A stretch of 59,996 bases of DNA from a virus (IMGVR_UViG_3300023174_000183:1-59996); one strand, 5' to 3'. Shown: positions 17,718-31,800, numbered from the stretch's first letter. The notes: generated by a model from the letters alone, not told the origin. A program made the numbers and translations.

Positions 17718-17724
17718 TATTTAT
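17718..17724 (-). promoter_or_regulatory. Late promoter ATAAATA, leaderless
   Basis: ATAAATA-ATACT-ATG(17712). Confidence 0.6.
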
Positions 17725-17743
17725 TTCGTTCTTAGTATCCATT

Positions 17744-19852
17744 CTAGAGCCTACCAACCACAATTTCAATGATGCCGTCGGAGCCATCAAAATCTTCTAA
17801 TGCTTTACCAATTACGGTACCAAATTTAGGATAGGCAGTGGGTCTGGCATAGCCGCTGCCGCCTGCCACCATGAAGTCACCTTTGAATATTTTTCCACGA
17901 ACTCGACAGGGCACGCGACCCAATAGCGCCACTTGCACCACGTGCTGACCTTGTAATTGGTCATTCATAACGTATGCAGGACTGGTGGACACTACCCCTG
18001 CAATTCTCTGAGACTCATCAGTAGATTCAGTGACTTCAAATTTGCCACCAAATTCTAGAACTGTGCCCGGTGCGTAGTCAGCATCTGCTAGATAGCATTC
18101 GGCAATATCCGCATATTGGGCAGAAGTTGCTTTAGCAAATATGGTATTGAACCCATTTGTGGATGAGCCGATATTTCCAACACCATTGGAGTTGGCATTG
18201 GTGATATTCCCAACTGTGATTGACGTTAGGTTACCAATACCCGTGGCCACTACTCCAGTTAAACTGCTTCCGTCTCCGTAGAACTTAGCAGCAATAACAT
18301 TACCAGTTGTGCTAATATTACCGCTGGCACTCAGTGCAGTTAGGTTACCTACTGATGTCAAACTCGATGCAACTACAGTACTATTCAATATTGTACCAGT
18401 CAGTGTTGCTGCGTTGGCTGTTACTGTGCCACTTGAACCTAAACTAATTGATGTACCATTGACGGTGATGCTGCTGTTGGTTAGTGCACCATTGGGGATT
18501 GATGTCAAACCAGCGCCTGAACCATAATGTGGACCAACGTACCCGCCTGCAGTCACGTTACCGGTAACTGATAGTGAACCTAGGGTACCAACTGATGTAA
18601 TGTTGGGTTGTGTTGCTGTTGTCAGTGTACCTGTCAAGTTGGTTGCTGATACATTACCTGCACTTATGTTGCCGGTGACTGTCAATGAACCTAGAGTGCC
18701 AACACCCGTGGCCACTACTCCAGTTAAACTGCTTCCGTCTCCGTAGAACTTAGCAGCAATAACATTACCAGTTGTGCTAATATTACCGCTGGCACTCAGT
18801 GCAGTTAGGTTACCTACTGATGTCAAACTCGATGCAACTACAGTTGAATTTAGTGTTGTGCCAGTTAATGTTGCGGCATTGGCGGTGATAGTCGCAGTGC
18901 CACCTAGTGATACAAGTGTTCCGTTGACAGTCAAACTGCTGTTGGTCAGGTATGCGTTCTGGATTGGTGATGCTGACCAGGTACCAGTAACAATGTTACC
19001 AACTGAGGTCAAACTTGATGCAACTACAGTTGAATTTAGTGTTGTGCCAGTCAGTGTTGCAGCATTGGCGGTAACAGTGATGTTAGCTGTGCCATTAAAT
19101 GCCACACCGTTGATGGTACGTGCTGTAGTCAAACTGGCTGCACTACCTGTGGTGTTTTGGTTCAATGTAGCAATATATGCTGGTTGAATTACCGAACCTT
19201 GCCATGTACCAGTAGCAATTGTACCCACCGATGTTAGATTTGATGCAACAACAGTCGAGTTCAATGTTGTACCAGTCAATGTTGCTGCGTTGGCTGTCAC
19301 TGTCGCCGAACCGCCCAGAGCAACAGTTACGCCATTGATGGTTATACTGTTGTTGGCCAGATATGCATTAGTAATGGTAGTGCCTTGCCAAACGCCCGAA
19401 GTAATTGTGCCAACTCCCGTGATATTGGGCTGGTCAGAAGTTGCCAACACACCTGTCAGAATATTTGCCGACATATTTTGGGCATTGATACTACCACTAA
19501 CACCAATTCCGCCCTGAACAATTATTGCGCCAGTGTTTGTGGATGTAGATTGGATACCCGAGACATTTTGTATCTGACCGCTGCTAACCATACTGCCTGA
19601 CAGGAACAACCCATCATACGGAAGACTGGCGGACCCTAGACTGTATCTGCTGCCAAAATTTGGCACCAAATTAGAATTAATAGTTAGGTTCGCTGTGTCG
19701 CCACTGGTGGCAATATTGGCAAAAAAAGTTCTCAGCGTTGAAGCTTGAATTTTTTTACTGGTGTACCCCAAATTAGTGGATTCCACCACTGGGATAAGAG
19801 TGTTTCCGGCCAGTGCAGTTAGTGTCCCTAACTGACTAATTTTAATTGTCAT
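17744..19852 (-). CDS. Tail fibre protein with internal repeats and C-terminal chaperone-like domain
   Basis: N-terminal IKISQL; four copies of TANAATLTGTxLNSTVVASxLTSVG; C-terminal AQYADIAE...GVVSTSP...LGRVPCRV. Confidence 0.8.
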   Translation of the reverse strand: MTIKISQLGTLTALAGNTLIPVVESTNLGYTSKKIQASTLRTFFANIATSGDTANLTINSNLVPNFGSRYSLGSASLPYDGLFLSGSMVSSGQIQNVSGIQSTSTNTGAIIVQGGIGVSGSINAQNMSANILTGVLATSDQPNITGVGTITSGVWQGTTITNAYLANNSITINGVTVALGGSATVTANAATLTGTTLNSTVVASNLTSVGTIATGTWQGSVIQPAYIATLNQNTTGSAASLTTARTINGVAFNGTANITVTANAATLTGTTLNSTVVASSLTSVGNIVTGTWSASPIQNAYLTNSSLTVNGTLVSLGGTATITANAATLTGTTLNSTVVASSLTSVGNLTALSASGNISTTGNVIAAKFYGDGSSLTGVVATGVGTLGSLTVTGNISAGNVSATNLTGTLTTATQPNITSVGTLGSLSVTGNVTAGGYVGPHYGSGAGLTSIPNGALTNSSITVNGTSISLGSSGTVTANAATLTGTILNSTVVASSLTSVGNLTALSASGNISTTGNVIAAKFYGDGSSLTGVVATGIGNLTSITVGNITNANSNGVGNIGSSTNGFNTIFAKATSAQYADIAECYLADADYAPGTVLEFGGKFEVTESTDESQRIAGVVSTSPAYVMNDQLQGQHVVQVALLGRVPCRVRGKIFKGDFMVAGGSGYARPTAYPKFGTVIGKALEDFDGSDGIIEIVVGRL
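18239..18844. repeat. 141-bp identical direct repeat (18239-18379 and 18704-18844)
   Basis: Base-by-base comparison, offset 465 bp; a further 35-bp identical pair lies at 18831-18865 and 19017-19051. Confidence 0.9.
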
Positions 19853-22800
19853 CGATTGCCTCCAAATTCAGCAGATAGTGTTCTTCCATCTTCAGTGATT
19901 AATATATTTACTACATCCTCATCGGTAGCTAATTCAAAACTAGTCAGCAGCTCTGCAGTACTGGACTTAAGAAATCTCACCTGTTCCGAATCTTCTAGAT
20001 CAAATCCCTGACCATTGGTTGCAGAATCAATACCTGCACTATACCAGATGTTTTCTTGTACAATTTTAGTACCATCACGCAACGTTACATTTCCATTAGC
20101 ATCTGTTTTGCCAATCAAATTCGTCGCGATCGGACAAACCAGTGGCTGAGAAATACCATCAACCCGTATTTCATTGGATATTGTTGTGTTATAAGTGTTA
20201 TTTATTGGATATACTGAGGACTGCACTCCATTTATCCAAATGTTTCCCTGACCAACAGTAACAGCATTAACGTTTTTGTAAACCACATATATCTGATCAG
20301 AATTTATAGCAGCTCGGCTCACCCGAAGTTCTGCCCCGCTTGCAGGTTGAGTAATTAAGTCATCAGAATTAACTGTGACATTGCCGCTCAGCGTTATTGC
20401 GGCATCTGAAAAGTCAAACTGTGTCGGTGTGTTATACACCACTGTGACCAGCGATGTGCCCTGTCTCTTAGATGCAGTAAGATAAACTCCCAATGGTTGA
20501 TTATTAATAAACAATGCATTACCAACAGAAAACTGCCCTGCCACATAAACAATATCAAGATAGATTTTATTCACAGCAGAATTTCTCACCTGGGCATTGG
20601 CACCAGTGGATGGTTGTGTGATATAGTCGCCGGGCAATACCGAAACTTCTCCACTCAATTGAATAGTATCTGAGACCGAAGCATTAACAGACGTCACTGT
20701 GACATTTGCACCACTGCTGTTCTGAGTAATATGACTTCCAACCCCTGGCACAATGTTGTCTGACAGCAACAAATTATATGGCGGAGTCGATGTTGAATGA
20801 TACGTGACATTTCCGCTAATTGTTGTGGATGTTATGCGAACATTAGGTATATTCTGGTTCACTCCTGCATCCAAAACTGCCAGGCCGGCATTTTGCACCA
20901 ACGCAGCACCGGTGCCCAAAGTTCCTCTTCTTAACTGACTTAATATATTAATATTTTCAATGGCTTCAACTTGAGTGAAGTCTAAATTTGCTGCCGCAGG
21001 CAAATCTATTAATGAACGGTAATACCCTGTGCGAACGCTTGTGGGATACACTGACAAATTGGTGGCATTTAACTGCCCGGAAGGTATTATTTGTATGTTC
21101 CCTGCGCCAGCGACTATCGGATTGCCGGCGTGGCCGCGTGTCAGGATGTATTGAGTTGGAACTTCCTGACTAGATATCACATTGGCTACTACCTTGACAT
21201 TGGCGCCTGATTCCGGTTGATAAATGGTGTCGCCGATATTGGCAGTCACAGGGCCGCTGAAAGTAACAACATTTCCATAATTCAAGACGGTGTCTGACTT
21301 GTAGCTCACATTAGAGACCCAAGGTCTGACTTCAGTGGCATAATTTCGATAGTAAGTAATACGTTCGCCATTAATGAATACCACACCAGGAGTAGCAGTG
21401 GATGGATCCGGTCTGGATAACACCGTGGCATCTGCCACGTGCATGCGTTGATCTTCAAGACGCAAATCCTGAGTTAATCGAGTGGAGTATGCCGAGGCAA
21501 TTCTAGTGTAATGCGGGTTACCCAACATGTCGATAAAGAGTCGGTAACCCAACAGTGTTGTTCCCAAAAACACCTTGGTATAGACTTTTATGTTTAAGGT
21601 ATCAAAAACAATTCCTGGCACCAACTCTTCTGGTGCATGGCTGCTGTAGGTGTCCACATACGCGCCACCGTCTACGTCAATGTCCTCAGGACGTACACCT
21701 AACTGAGCGTCTTGATAGTTGCTGCGAACAATGGCATCAACTGCAGATCGACTTAGTATAGGATTGCCGTCCTCATCATATTCTACTGCATCAAAGGGCT
21801 CACCATCTAATAGGCCATCAAAGCCCGGCTGCTGATCAAAAGATAATCCTGAAACTTTAACACCTGGATAATCAATACCTGACATCAATCTTGGCAAATA
21901 TCTGCCCGGAGTATCTTTTGTTGGCTCGTAATAGGCAATGATTCTGTCATTGGCATTGGTAAAGTAATCCGCTGGGCAAACTGTTAAGTTAGTGGGATCA
22001 AATTGTGTGCCAGTGACAAAATCAGTCTGAACTCGGTATGCTGTTCTAACTCTACTGCCGCCGTCGACCACAGCACGAGTTATAATATCACCTGCCGCAT
22101 ATACTGTATTGGCCGTCCATTCTTTAACCACACTCGTGTAATTAATTCTGTCAAATTTCAATGTGGAATCAAAACTTCTAACCTGACGATTTTTTAATAC
22201 CGCATAGGCTCGGGCGGGCTTGTCACAACCGCCATTAATAATTACCGCAGGAGTATAAGCATACCCGCTGCCACCGTCGACGAGTTCAATGGCGATCACC
22301 GTGCCCAAGTCAAAATCAATTTTAGCGCGTGCTTTGGCCAAAATTACATTCCCGCCGCCACCTACAATAGACACTGTAGGCTCTGATTTATACCCCTGAC
22401 CCGGATCTTCGATTTTGATGTCAATGATCTGATGATGTCTGTGTTGGTACCACTGTGGATATTCAGAATTGATCAATGTGCCATCTGACAGATACCCAGT
22501 GGCCCAGAGCTGGCGATCTTTTTCAATATATTCACCGTCGGGACTGCGCCATTGACTTAACTCCCTGTCATAATACGGCGGCAAATCAAAATCGGTAACG
22601 TTGCCATCATAACTATCATTGCCACTGTATTTGATCAAATATTCTCTAACTTTGGTTGCATAGGGTTTGATCTCATTAATATAGTCTAGGTAGTAAGTCT
22701 GATTATCTTTGACATAATTGGGATATTGGTTAAGGTCTCTGAGTTTATGCGCTACACTGATGAAACTGGTTTTGAAAATCCAATCCACATACTTTTGTTC

Positions 22801-25800
22801 TGACATTAGATAATTTATCATGACAAAGAACATGTTGTTAAATTCAGCTTTTAATTCATTGACAAATATATCATCTCGCAACGCTGTTAGAATTTGCCGA
22901 GTTTCAATATTTGGGTTCTGATCAAATCTAATAGATTCGAATCCTTGATTATCGAAACCCATCTCATTATCTGTCAGATTGTGCAATGATGGTTTGAATC
23001 TTATGGTGCCGTTCTCGATGCCCACAACCTGATATTCACCGGTGGCAGTTACTGATATCAGATTCCATCCCCTGACATTGTTTATGCCCTGATTTACACG
23101 TATCAATATTTCATCGCCGGGCCGCGCGGGCAATGCCAATGCATCAACCAAGGTCTCCACCACATATTCAATCTTATCAGTGATGTTATACCCCTCGGCA
23201 TACCAATCAATAAACTCCCAGTAGAGTTCAGTTTTATAACTTTGAACTCTGCGCACTTGCCAAAATTTGTTGGCTTGTAGTTGATAAATGACCCAAAGCC
23301 CGTCCTGATCGGTGTCTGTTTTAACCAAGACCTTGTACCCAACCGGTGTCTTGATGGTATCGATATAATCTAATTCGATTCGAGTATCAACTATCTGATC
23401 ATACTCCAAATATTTTACATCAGGTATAGGTTCCTCAGACATCAGCTGTCTGAGATCATACTGTCGACTGATGGGTTTGGTGATGAATATGGAATTAGCA
23501 AAATCCACCAAATCGGCCATGGCTTGCAATCTATTCACAAACATAGTTTGCCTGGGTCTGACGCTAATGCCATATCGATTGGCCGGGGGCAATGTTGGGT
23601 CGGGCACATTGGCGCCGGTACTGGAAATTCCTGACAAACTGTCTATCAGTCTGTTGACAATTTTTTTGGGAATCTGACTGTTGACATTGCCTACCTGTAA
23701 CAAGTCATATTCGCTATGAATTAAACTGTCATTGAGCTTTAATTCATAATCCACATGCAATATTGTATTGCGTGCTGTAAGATACTTGCCAAGATTATAA
23801 AATATCACTGCATTATTTTTTATCAGTGCCGCATATGCAATGTCTTGACCGCGAGGGTTTTCGATGAGATTTTGAATAGCCACCAATGGCAAGCGTCTAC
23901 CATGTAAATCAGAATTCAATTCAGACTTATTAATGACCCAATAATAATACTTGCTGGTGATTATATTTGTTATAGGATCTGCTGTCATGACTTCAACATA
24001 TGCACTGTCGTCGGCATATTTGGCCATGCCATCGCCGCTGTACTGGCTGGGCACCACATCACTTTCTACCCACTCCAATACTTCCACAGTGGACCCCGGA
24101 AACAATCGTCCCCAGTTGGCGCTTCTATAAATTAGATCGCCCTGTTCATAATCTAGATATCTGATGTTGGTTAGATCCCACCAAACCTGACCAATTTGGT
24201 TTGGTCCCCAGTAGAGGTTTCTGTCAATACCACTGCGTTCCACAGTGCCGCGATTATAATAGGCAGGGTCATAAGGTGTTTTGAAGGTGATTTCTTGGTC
24301 GGCCAATCCCAAAATCTTGCCTTTGGCTGGATCAATAAATTCCAAATTGGTCAGAATAGTGTTGGAAATATTGTTGTACAAATACAGTCTATTGACTGAA
24401 CTCACATCCAATTTGGGTTCCTGATATCTGATGAGATTCCAACCGCGTTGACCGGTGGGATTACTAAACATATAGACCGCGCCTGCATCTGTCTTGACTT
24501 CATCTGACGCAGGGGCAGTTACCACAATTTGTCGACCCATGACATCAATTGCGGCACCAAATCTGTCACCTGTTTTTAGATCGCCTGTGTCCAGCTGTTG
24601 GGCAAATGCATATCTGCCAGGGTGTTCTACTGCATTGCGGGGGTCATCATACAATTCGTAAACATAGACACTGCCGCTCTTGGGCACTGAATCAAAAATG
24701 CCAGTACTCCTATCGTCTAGATAGGTCAGACCTTGATCCAACGTTGTATAATGTCTGGTGGTACCGCCATCGCTGGCAATGACCAGCATATAAGCATTTC
24801 GTGCCAGCACCACCTTCTTACCAAAATTCTCGTTGGAATTTTTGTATGGTGTAACAATAATTTGCATGAACGCGAAAATTGACATGCCGGCTGCAGCATA
24901 AACATTATTGACCCCGCTGGCATTGCCGGTGTTGTTTTCGCCCGATAATATGCGCAACAGATTTTTAGCCACAGTTCGATCACTGTTTAGCCGCAAATAG
25001 CCATTTTCATTGATAGCAGTGACGCCCAGTATATTTGCGCTGTTGATGTCCTGAATCAGGCTGTCCAGTGTGGTGCCAGTTACAGTGACTTCAAAGTTAT
25101 CTAGTCTGATGGTGTCGCCCGGAGTAAACACCGGATCTTTGACACTACCGATGTTTGTTCCGTATAATCTGCCTCGATTATGGAATTTCCAAACTGCACC
25201 AGTGTTGTATTCGGTGCCGGTGTCGTAATTTGGCGCGCCCACATAGATGGCGCAATTATTACTACAAATGGTCAGACTGGTGCCAAATCTACAATTTTCC
25301 TGTATGGCAGATAAGCCACCTTCTAGACTGTCAATACCAATTAGTTTTTCCAGTAACTTGAATTGATTGGTTTCGACATAAATGACTTGACCCACTTGAG
25401 GCACTGTGTTGAACCGTAGATTGTTGTTGCCAACTATCGCATAATCAGACACTTCATTATTATTAATGGTAACTCGATGAATCCGACCAATGTTGTCCAA
25501 AGTCTGATAGGTTTTGCCATTGGTGTCTGTTGCATCAGCAATGGTGTTAAATGCTTCAATTGATCGATCATATACATAAACTGCGCCGGCGCCAATTATT
25601 GCTCGATCGTTAACTGCAACCGTGTCATTGGGTGCACCCACAGCCAATTGCGCACCATCCAGACTGGCAGAGATATCGTAGCCAAATTCACTGCCCGCAG
25701 GCCCTTGAAGTTTGGTTACTAATTCATAATATGCATGTTGTTTAATACTGTATTCGCCGGCAGATAGATTGGTGGAGAAAGTTATTATTCTGCCCTGCAC

Positions 25801-28800
25801 TGTATAATCTACGTTCGGTAAAAATACTCGATTAAATTTGGTGATCAGTAAGCTTTCTGCAACACCGGGTACATCGGGAGTAAATGTCACTGTGATGATA
25901 TTGGTGGGAGAGGTCACAAATACTGTCTGTTGTCTTTCTTCCAGTCTGGAATTTAGTCCGTAAACGTAGACACTGTCCTCGGCAGGGGCGCCCACATACA
26001 ACCAGTTACCCACATCATCGTACGCCAGACTGGATCCAAAACGGCCGTGCGTATTGGCATTACCGGGCAATACTTGTATGAGATTAAATGTACTGGTACC
26101 AACAGGTCGCTGGTAAACAAAAACTCTTCCAGTGTCAGATGCACTACCGGGTGCACCCACTGCCAAATACTCCACTGCCAAACTAACAGTTGCACCATAT
26201 TCTGCAGTCTCTGCCACCGTGGCGGGTGTTAACTGTTCGCCTTCGACCATAATGCCAGAATAGTCTTTATTGAATACCGAAACAGTGCCAGTGCCTAGAG
26301 ATCCTGGAGAACCTACCACCGCATATAGGCCGTCGGAATTTAATTTTATAGATGTGCCAAATCCATCATCAGTGACATATTCTCCTGATGCTTTGGATAG
26401 TTGTTGTTGTAAATGCCACGGCTTGGTTTTCTCGTAGACCTTCCATGTGCCACTGACGGTGTTGTGTGATTGTCCATTGGCGGTAGTAGTGGCAGCATCT
26501 GCATCAATCCAGATCTTGTCGCCTACTTTCCAGCCATGTAAAGGATTGTTTAGTCCATAAATTCTGGCATCTTCCATGTATTTGAATCGCATGCTGTCTA
26601 ATCTGAGTAACATGGCAAACCCGCCCACGGTGGTCAGATTCTGATAGTCTGCTGGATTGCCTTGATAAAGAGCTATGATCTGATCCATGCCTGGAGTTCC
26701 CAAAACCTCATATACTCCATCAAATGCTGGTGTCAATCCCTTGACCAAAAACACATCTTTAATCTGGAGGCCATGTGGTGCCTGTGTGGTAAACATCACA
26801 TAATTGTCTAGCCCATTGGCAATCTCAATCACATGATTGTTGGTTTCCGTCACTCGATAAACATTCCACTCGCCGGCAAAGTCTCGAGCACACCAAATGG
26901 TATACCCGCTGCCAATCTGATCTATGTCAGAATCAACAGTTGAAAAGTCACTGAGATCAAACAGTGTGGCATTCACATCTTCAATGTTGACATACCCAGC
27001 AGTGGGTATGTCATTGCTAATATCTGATTCCTGGGTGCGATTCAATGCAATATTGCCATTAAATTCGCCCGAAGATCCGTATAATTGAGATTTATTGAAA
27101 ACATTTACGCCGTTGCCTAACTGTCCGTCCTCATTCCCAACAAAGCTGGCCAAGGCAGGATTGACCCCATATTCAGCCTCATCCAGTGCAATTTCTACAT
27201 AGGGGTTCATATTTAATGCCCCATATTCGCCCACACGCACTGCCCATTCTTCGTAATAATTGATGTTGCTGTTGATGTTATTGAATTTGGATTTAGTCAA
27301 TTGATTGACCGCGTTTTCTGTGCCCTTCTGTTTGATGTAGCCTTTGTATAATTCAATCTGTGTGGTGTCTGACAGCCCTAGATCTGTTAGATATTGTCTA
27401 GGTTTGTATCCGATCAATCCGTGACTGTATTTTAACTGTTCTGAATCCTGGAAAGGACCATAATCATCATAGTAAGTCTGACTTCTAACTGCCATGGTGG
27501 ATAGATTGGGCAACAGTCCTGCTTTAATCTGTGCTTGTTCTATCTGCTTCCATTTGCTCCAGCTGAAATCATCATTGGCAATCACAAATTCCAGTGCTAC
27601 CCAAAATTGAGATTTGTACTGCACCAATTCCCCTCGTTGGTAATCTCTGCCTGGCTGCCAGACTTGTATGTCCGACGAACTATAGACGAACCCCGGAGCA
27701 TGCAGGCTGCCGTCCCAGTTGGCTGTCTTCTTCCCAATCAGTTTCAACCGATATTGTCGGTTGCCCAATTCAGGTTTGTAAATGATGTCATTGAACACTG
27801 TGAGATTGTCAAATATCAATGTGTGCTCGTACTGTACCAGATCCAGCTCGGCGAATCCCACCATGCTGTCTGCGGCGGCCAAGGTTATTTGGAAATCAGT
27901 TGCAGTTCGGATGATATTGTATTTGTTATTTTTTACAAGTTTGAAATTCTGATCTAAAATTCTAGACGCAACCTGACTGTTAGTGATTTCGTCCACAACA
28001 GCATTGTTGGTTACTAGTGTCAATTGATTAACCACCGGACTCAACACTAGAATACTGCCGGCGCCCCATCCTTGTTGTGACCAGAATAAGAATTCTCGAG
28101 CACTGAGTTTCCAATCGCGAACTTCCCCAAGGTCTGAATCTCGTCCATTGAATGTAAACCCTTGTGCCAACAGGTATCGTTCATAACTTATTAAAAAGTC
28201 AACGACCTGTTGAGCATTTTTAAATTCATATCCATATGGTACTGTCAATTTGGTACGCTGATAATCTTTAAAGATTATCGCAGTTTCGTTTAAGACCCGA
28301 AGTTGGATATTACGACTATTGGTGACACTGGGAATTATTGTGAAAAAAGGATTATTAAGGTTGTATCCTTTGACGCTGTAACCATTGGTGGTCTTTTGAA
28401 CAATTACTGCACTATATGTGATCTTTTGCACAGGAGTTGACTTGTGCAAATGAATCAGATAGTTTTCGTCGGGTATCATAACACTGTCATTGGTACTGCT
28501 GGGACTGCTCTGTTCGGCCAAGATCTTAATGTATTTTTTGTCAGTGAACCCCGACATCTTATAAGCTAGGTTCACTTGATAATTTCTCAGAATTTCTGAC
28601 AATTTACTCACAGGATCCAGACCTTGGTTTTTCAAATAATCAATGATCCAGTTTATATACCCAGCACTACGAATCACTTGATATTGCTTGATGTCACCAT
28701 TGAACTTGACATCGGTTTGTCTGAGATGGTTGTTATTAACTGTTAGATATTGATCAATTTTGCTGTCTGATTTGTACCCGTATGTGTCAATTAATAGACT

Positions 28801-31800
28801 AAAATACCTAGCAGGTTTTCCCAGAGCCATGGCACGTTGAACTGCGAAAGGATAATCACTGCTGCTGCGCCAGGCCCATTCGACGGGGCCAAAATCTCCT
28901 ACTTTCCAGGCACTGGCCGCAGATTTGGGATGTGTGGCCTTTGCCAGAATCTGAGCCGGGCTCAGTAGTATTCCATGCTCGTTCACTGGTATTACTTGGC
29001 TAAGGCCTGGTCTGGCAAAAGTTGGATCAATCCCTGACCCCAAACCTTGATCTATTAGGCTCCGGAATCCCTGACGGATTCTGCCGGCTTCTAGGTCGTC
29101 CCACAACACTCGATTCGCACCAGTGTAAGGAGCCGGGCCATAATAGTCTTGCCACCAGTCTGGCATCGAAGTAAATCCCAACATTTCCCATGGTGTCAGA
29201 TGTGGACGTTGAGTGTCATAATAATACTGATAGCATGCACGCCAATTCCCTGGCATGTACTCACCGTCAAGTCTATCCTGGCTGCCCGAATAATTCCAGG
29301 TAAATGAATCATTACTAGCAAAAGTTTGATTAGTGGAAAAGTCCAGTCGGTTATTGCCCACCCAGGTCAGAAAACTCTTGGAAATCAGTTGTGTGACTTC
29401 GCCCAGAGTATAATCAGATAATCTGAACTTGCCTGGCACCAACGACAGTATATCACTGTTGATGTTGGTCTCTGGTAACTTTATATTATTGTAAATTCTT
29501 TTTTCTAGTTCCAATATCAGGTTATCCCGATAATCACCAAATGTTGGAATAATACTGCCATCATGACCTCTGATGACATTAATAGGTTCTCTATAAGTGT
29601 CGTCTAGAAAAATTTCAGGAACATATCTAGGATACAGTCCCAATTTAGTAGGAGTCTCTGGTATATAATTGCCATCAGTGTTGTCATATTCAACAATTTT
29701 GATAATGTCATCTATATCCAGCTCCACGCGACTCTCAATGGTCACAGCCGGGCGTGTCTGATCAAATGTATAATCTAAACGGTTAATCAGTTGCACAAAA
29801 TTATTCTGATTGTATTTTTTCAGATAGATCAAAACTGCTCGATTGCTCAGAATTTGATCATTGAAAACCCCATTGATTTCGTATGATCGAACCAGAGGAT
29901 CGAACACCGTGTATCCTTTACCGTTGACCACTCTCTTGAGTGTGCCATATGGAACCATGTCACTGTAGTACCAGGGAAACGATATATTTTTAATATTGGT
30001 TAGGTTGACCATGATGGCATCAACGCCAGCCTCTGGTGTCATGGATTCGATACCAGATAATGTTGACGCCGATTCTAAGAATTTGTTTTTAAATCGACTG
30101 TATTCTACCTGCGCAAACTGCAATGCATCAATGAAATTTGAAGTTTTATCCATTAAAAACATCATGGCATAAGTCACAGGCGCACTGTGTTGAAGTATGG
30201 TTCCGCCTTGAGAATTTATGTCGATGTCTCTGAGATTATTAGTGGATAAAACATTGCCTACCAAATTAGTAGAATTCTGACTCAATGCCACCAGATGGTT
30301 TCTTATTTGACCCAAGGTCATCTGGTCCAGATCTATGTTTTGTGCATTTAGATTTAGATTACTGGGAACTTCATAATGACCTATTTTACTGGGGGCCTTA
30401 CTGTAGATCAACACATCAATTTTATCGTTAACCGCCATAACCGCATTGACCGTCAATTCTTTTCCACTGATTCGATAATCACTTACCGGCAGGAAAACAT
30501 TATTTTTATACACCTTAATATAAGGAATGCTAACTGCATCTGCCGCCTGAATATCCAAAACAAATGAATTTTTAATACCATTGTATGTGTAGGTCAAAAT
30601 TTGATATTGCTTGCTGGACTCTACCACAGTGCGCCAATTGTTTCTGAGATTGGTGGTATATCTGTCTGAAATTTCGGACAAAAATCCATGTTCAGAGATT
30701 CTCAGATCTTTCTGGCTAATCTGATTTTCTACAAATTCAAAAACATCGGTGTCATAATAGTTTTCAAATTCAATGTCGCCCTGGGTGCCAAAATTTCTAT
30801 ATTTGAGCGCAAAGCCTAGGACTGTATCAACTACGCCCGCAGAATTTCTCACGTACCCAAATAGTTGTGTGCCTTTAAATGTACTGCGGTAGTAGCTGCC
30901 CAAACTTTTTCCCTGGGAATCCAGAACGTCAAATAATGGTGCTTGCTGTAACTGTGTTTTTTGCTGCGCGTGGACCCAGTGTTCGCCGTTAAACCACCAA
31001 CTGCTGCCCCGATATTGGCCTTGGGTAACGGTGACTGTGTCCCAAACTTCTGCTGTACTATCCTCTGCTGCTGTTAAATTGATACGAAAATCACCAATGG
31101 GATTGCCCAATTCATCCAAATCATATTGTATCAGATTAATTACATAAATTTTGTTTCTTACTAATGGATCTTCAGCTGCTGAAAACAGTAGTCTGATGCC
31201 ATTAGTCAACGGAATACCAAATGCTGTCGCAATGGTTTGCCCGTCAAATTCATTGAAAGGATCTCGTGTGGTTGTGTCCAAAATGTCAATAGGACGTTTG
31301 CCGACTCTTCCGTTATTGAACAATTGGAAGTTACTGTCAAATTGAACAATAGGGCGCTGAGCCCGAGCATTCTGATCAAACACCGGCTGTCGATTGTTGT
31401 AGGCTGCCGTTTTGATTATGACTTCTTGATGGAACCAACGGTTATTTCTAGACCAGGCATTAAGGTCGACAGAGTCGCGATTGATGGTGATGTATTCGGG
31501 AGAGACTTTATCAGAATAATTTAATGCGATCTCATCATTGTAGGCCTCTGGACGCACTAGTAGATCAACTGCCACCAATTTAATACCATGGCCTACTCGT
31601 TCAACATAATACTCCTGATTCTGATAATTGACAGGCATAATTCCTGCACCAAATCGAACCTTCAATCCATTGGTAAATCTAACACCGTTGGGACTGGTGT
31701 AGGTTTTTTGATTTAAAATTTCCTTTTCAACATCAATGACATCGTTGGCAGGGTTGACAATTTTTAAGAATCCGTATATACTTTTACTACTGCCATCCTG

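Noticed and set aside
18239-18844. Diversity-generating retroelement TR/VR pair
   Set aside because: The copies are identical with no adenine-specific mismatches, both are in-frame within one gene, and no reverse transcriptase is present in the window.
14309-19051. CRISPR array
   Set aside because: Repeats are coding, in-frame and few; there is no repeat-spacer periodicity and no cas gene.
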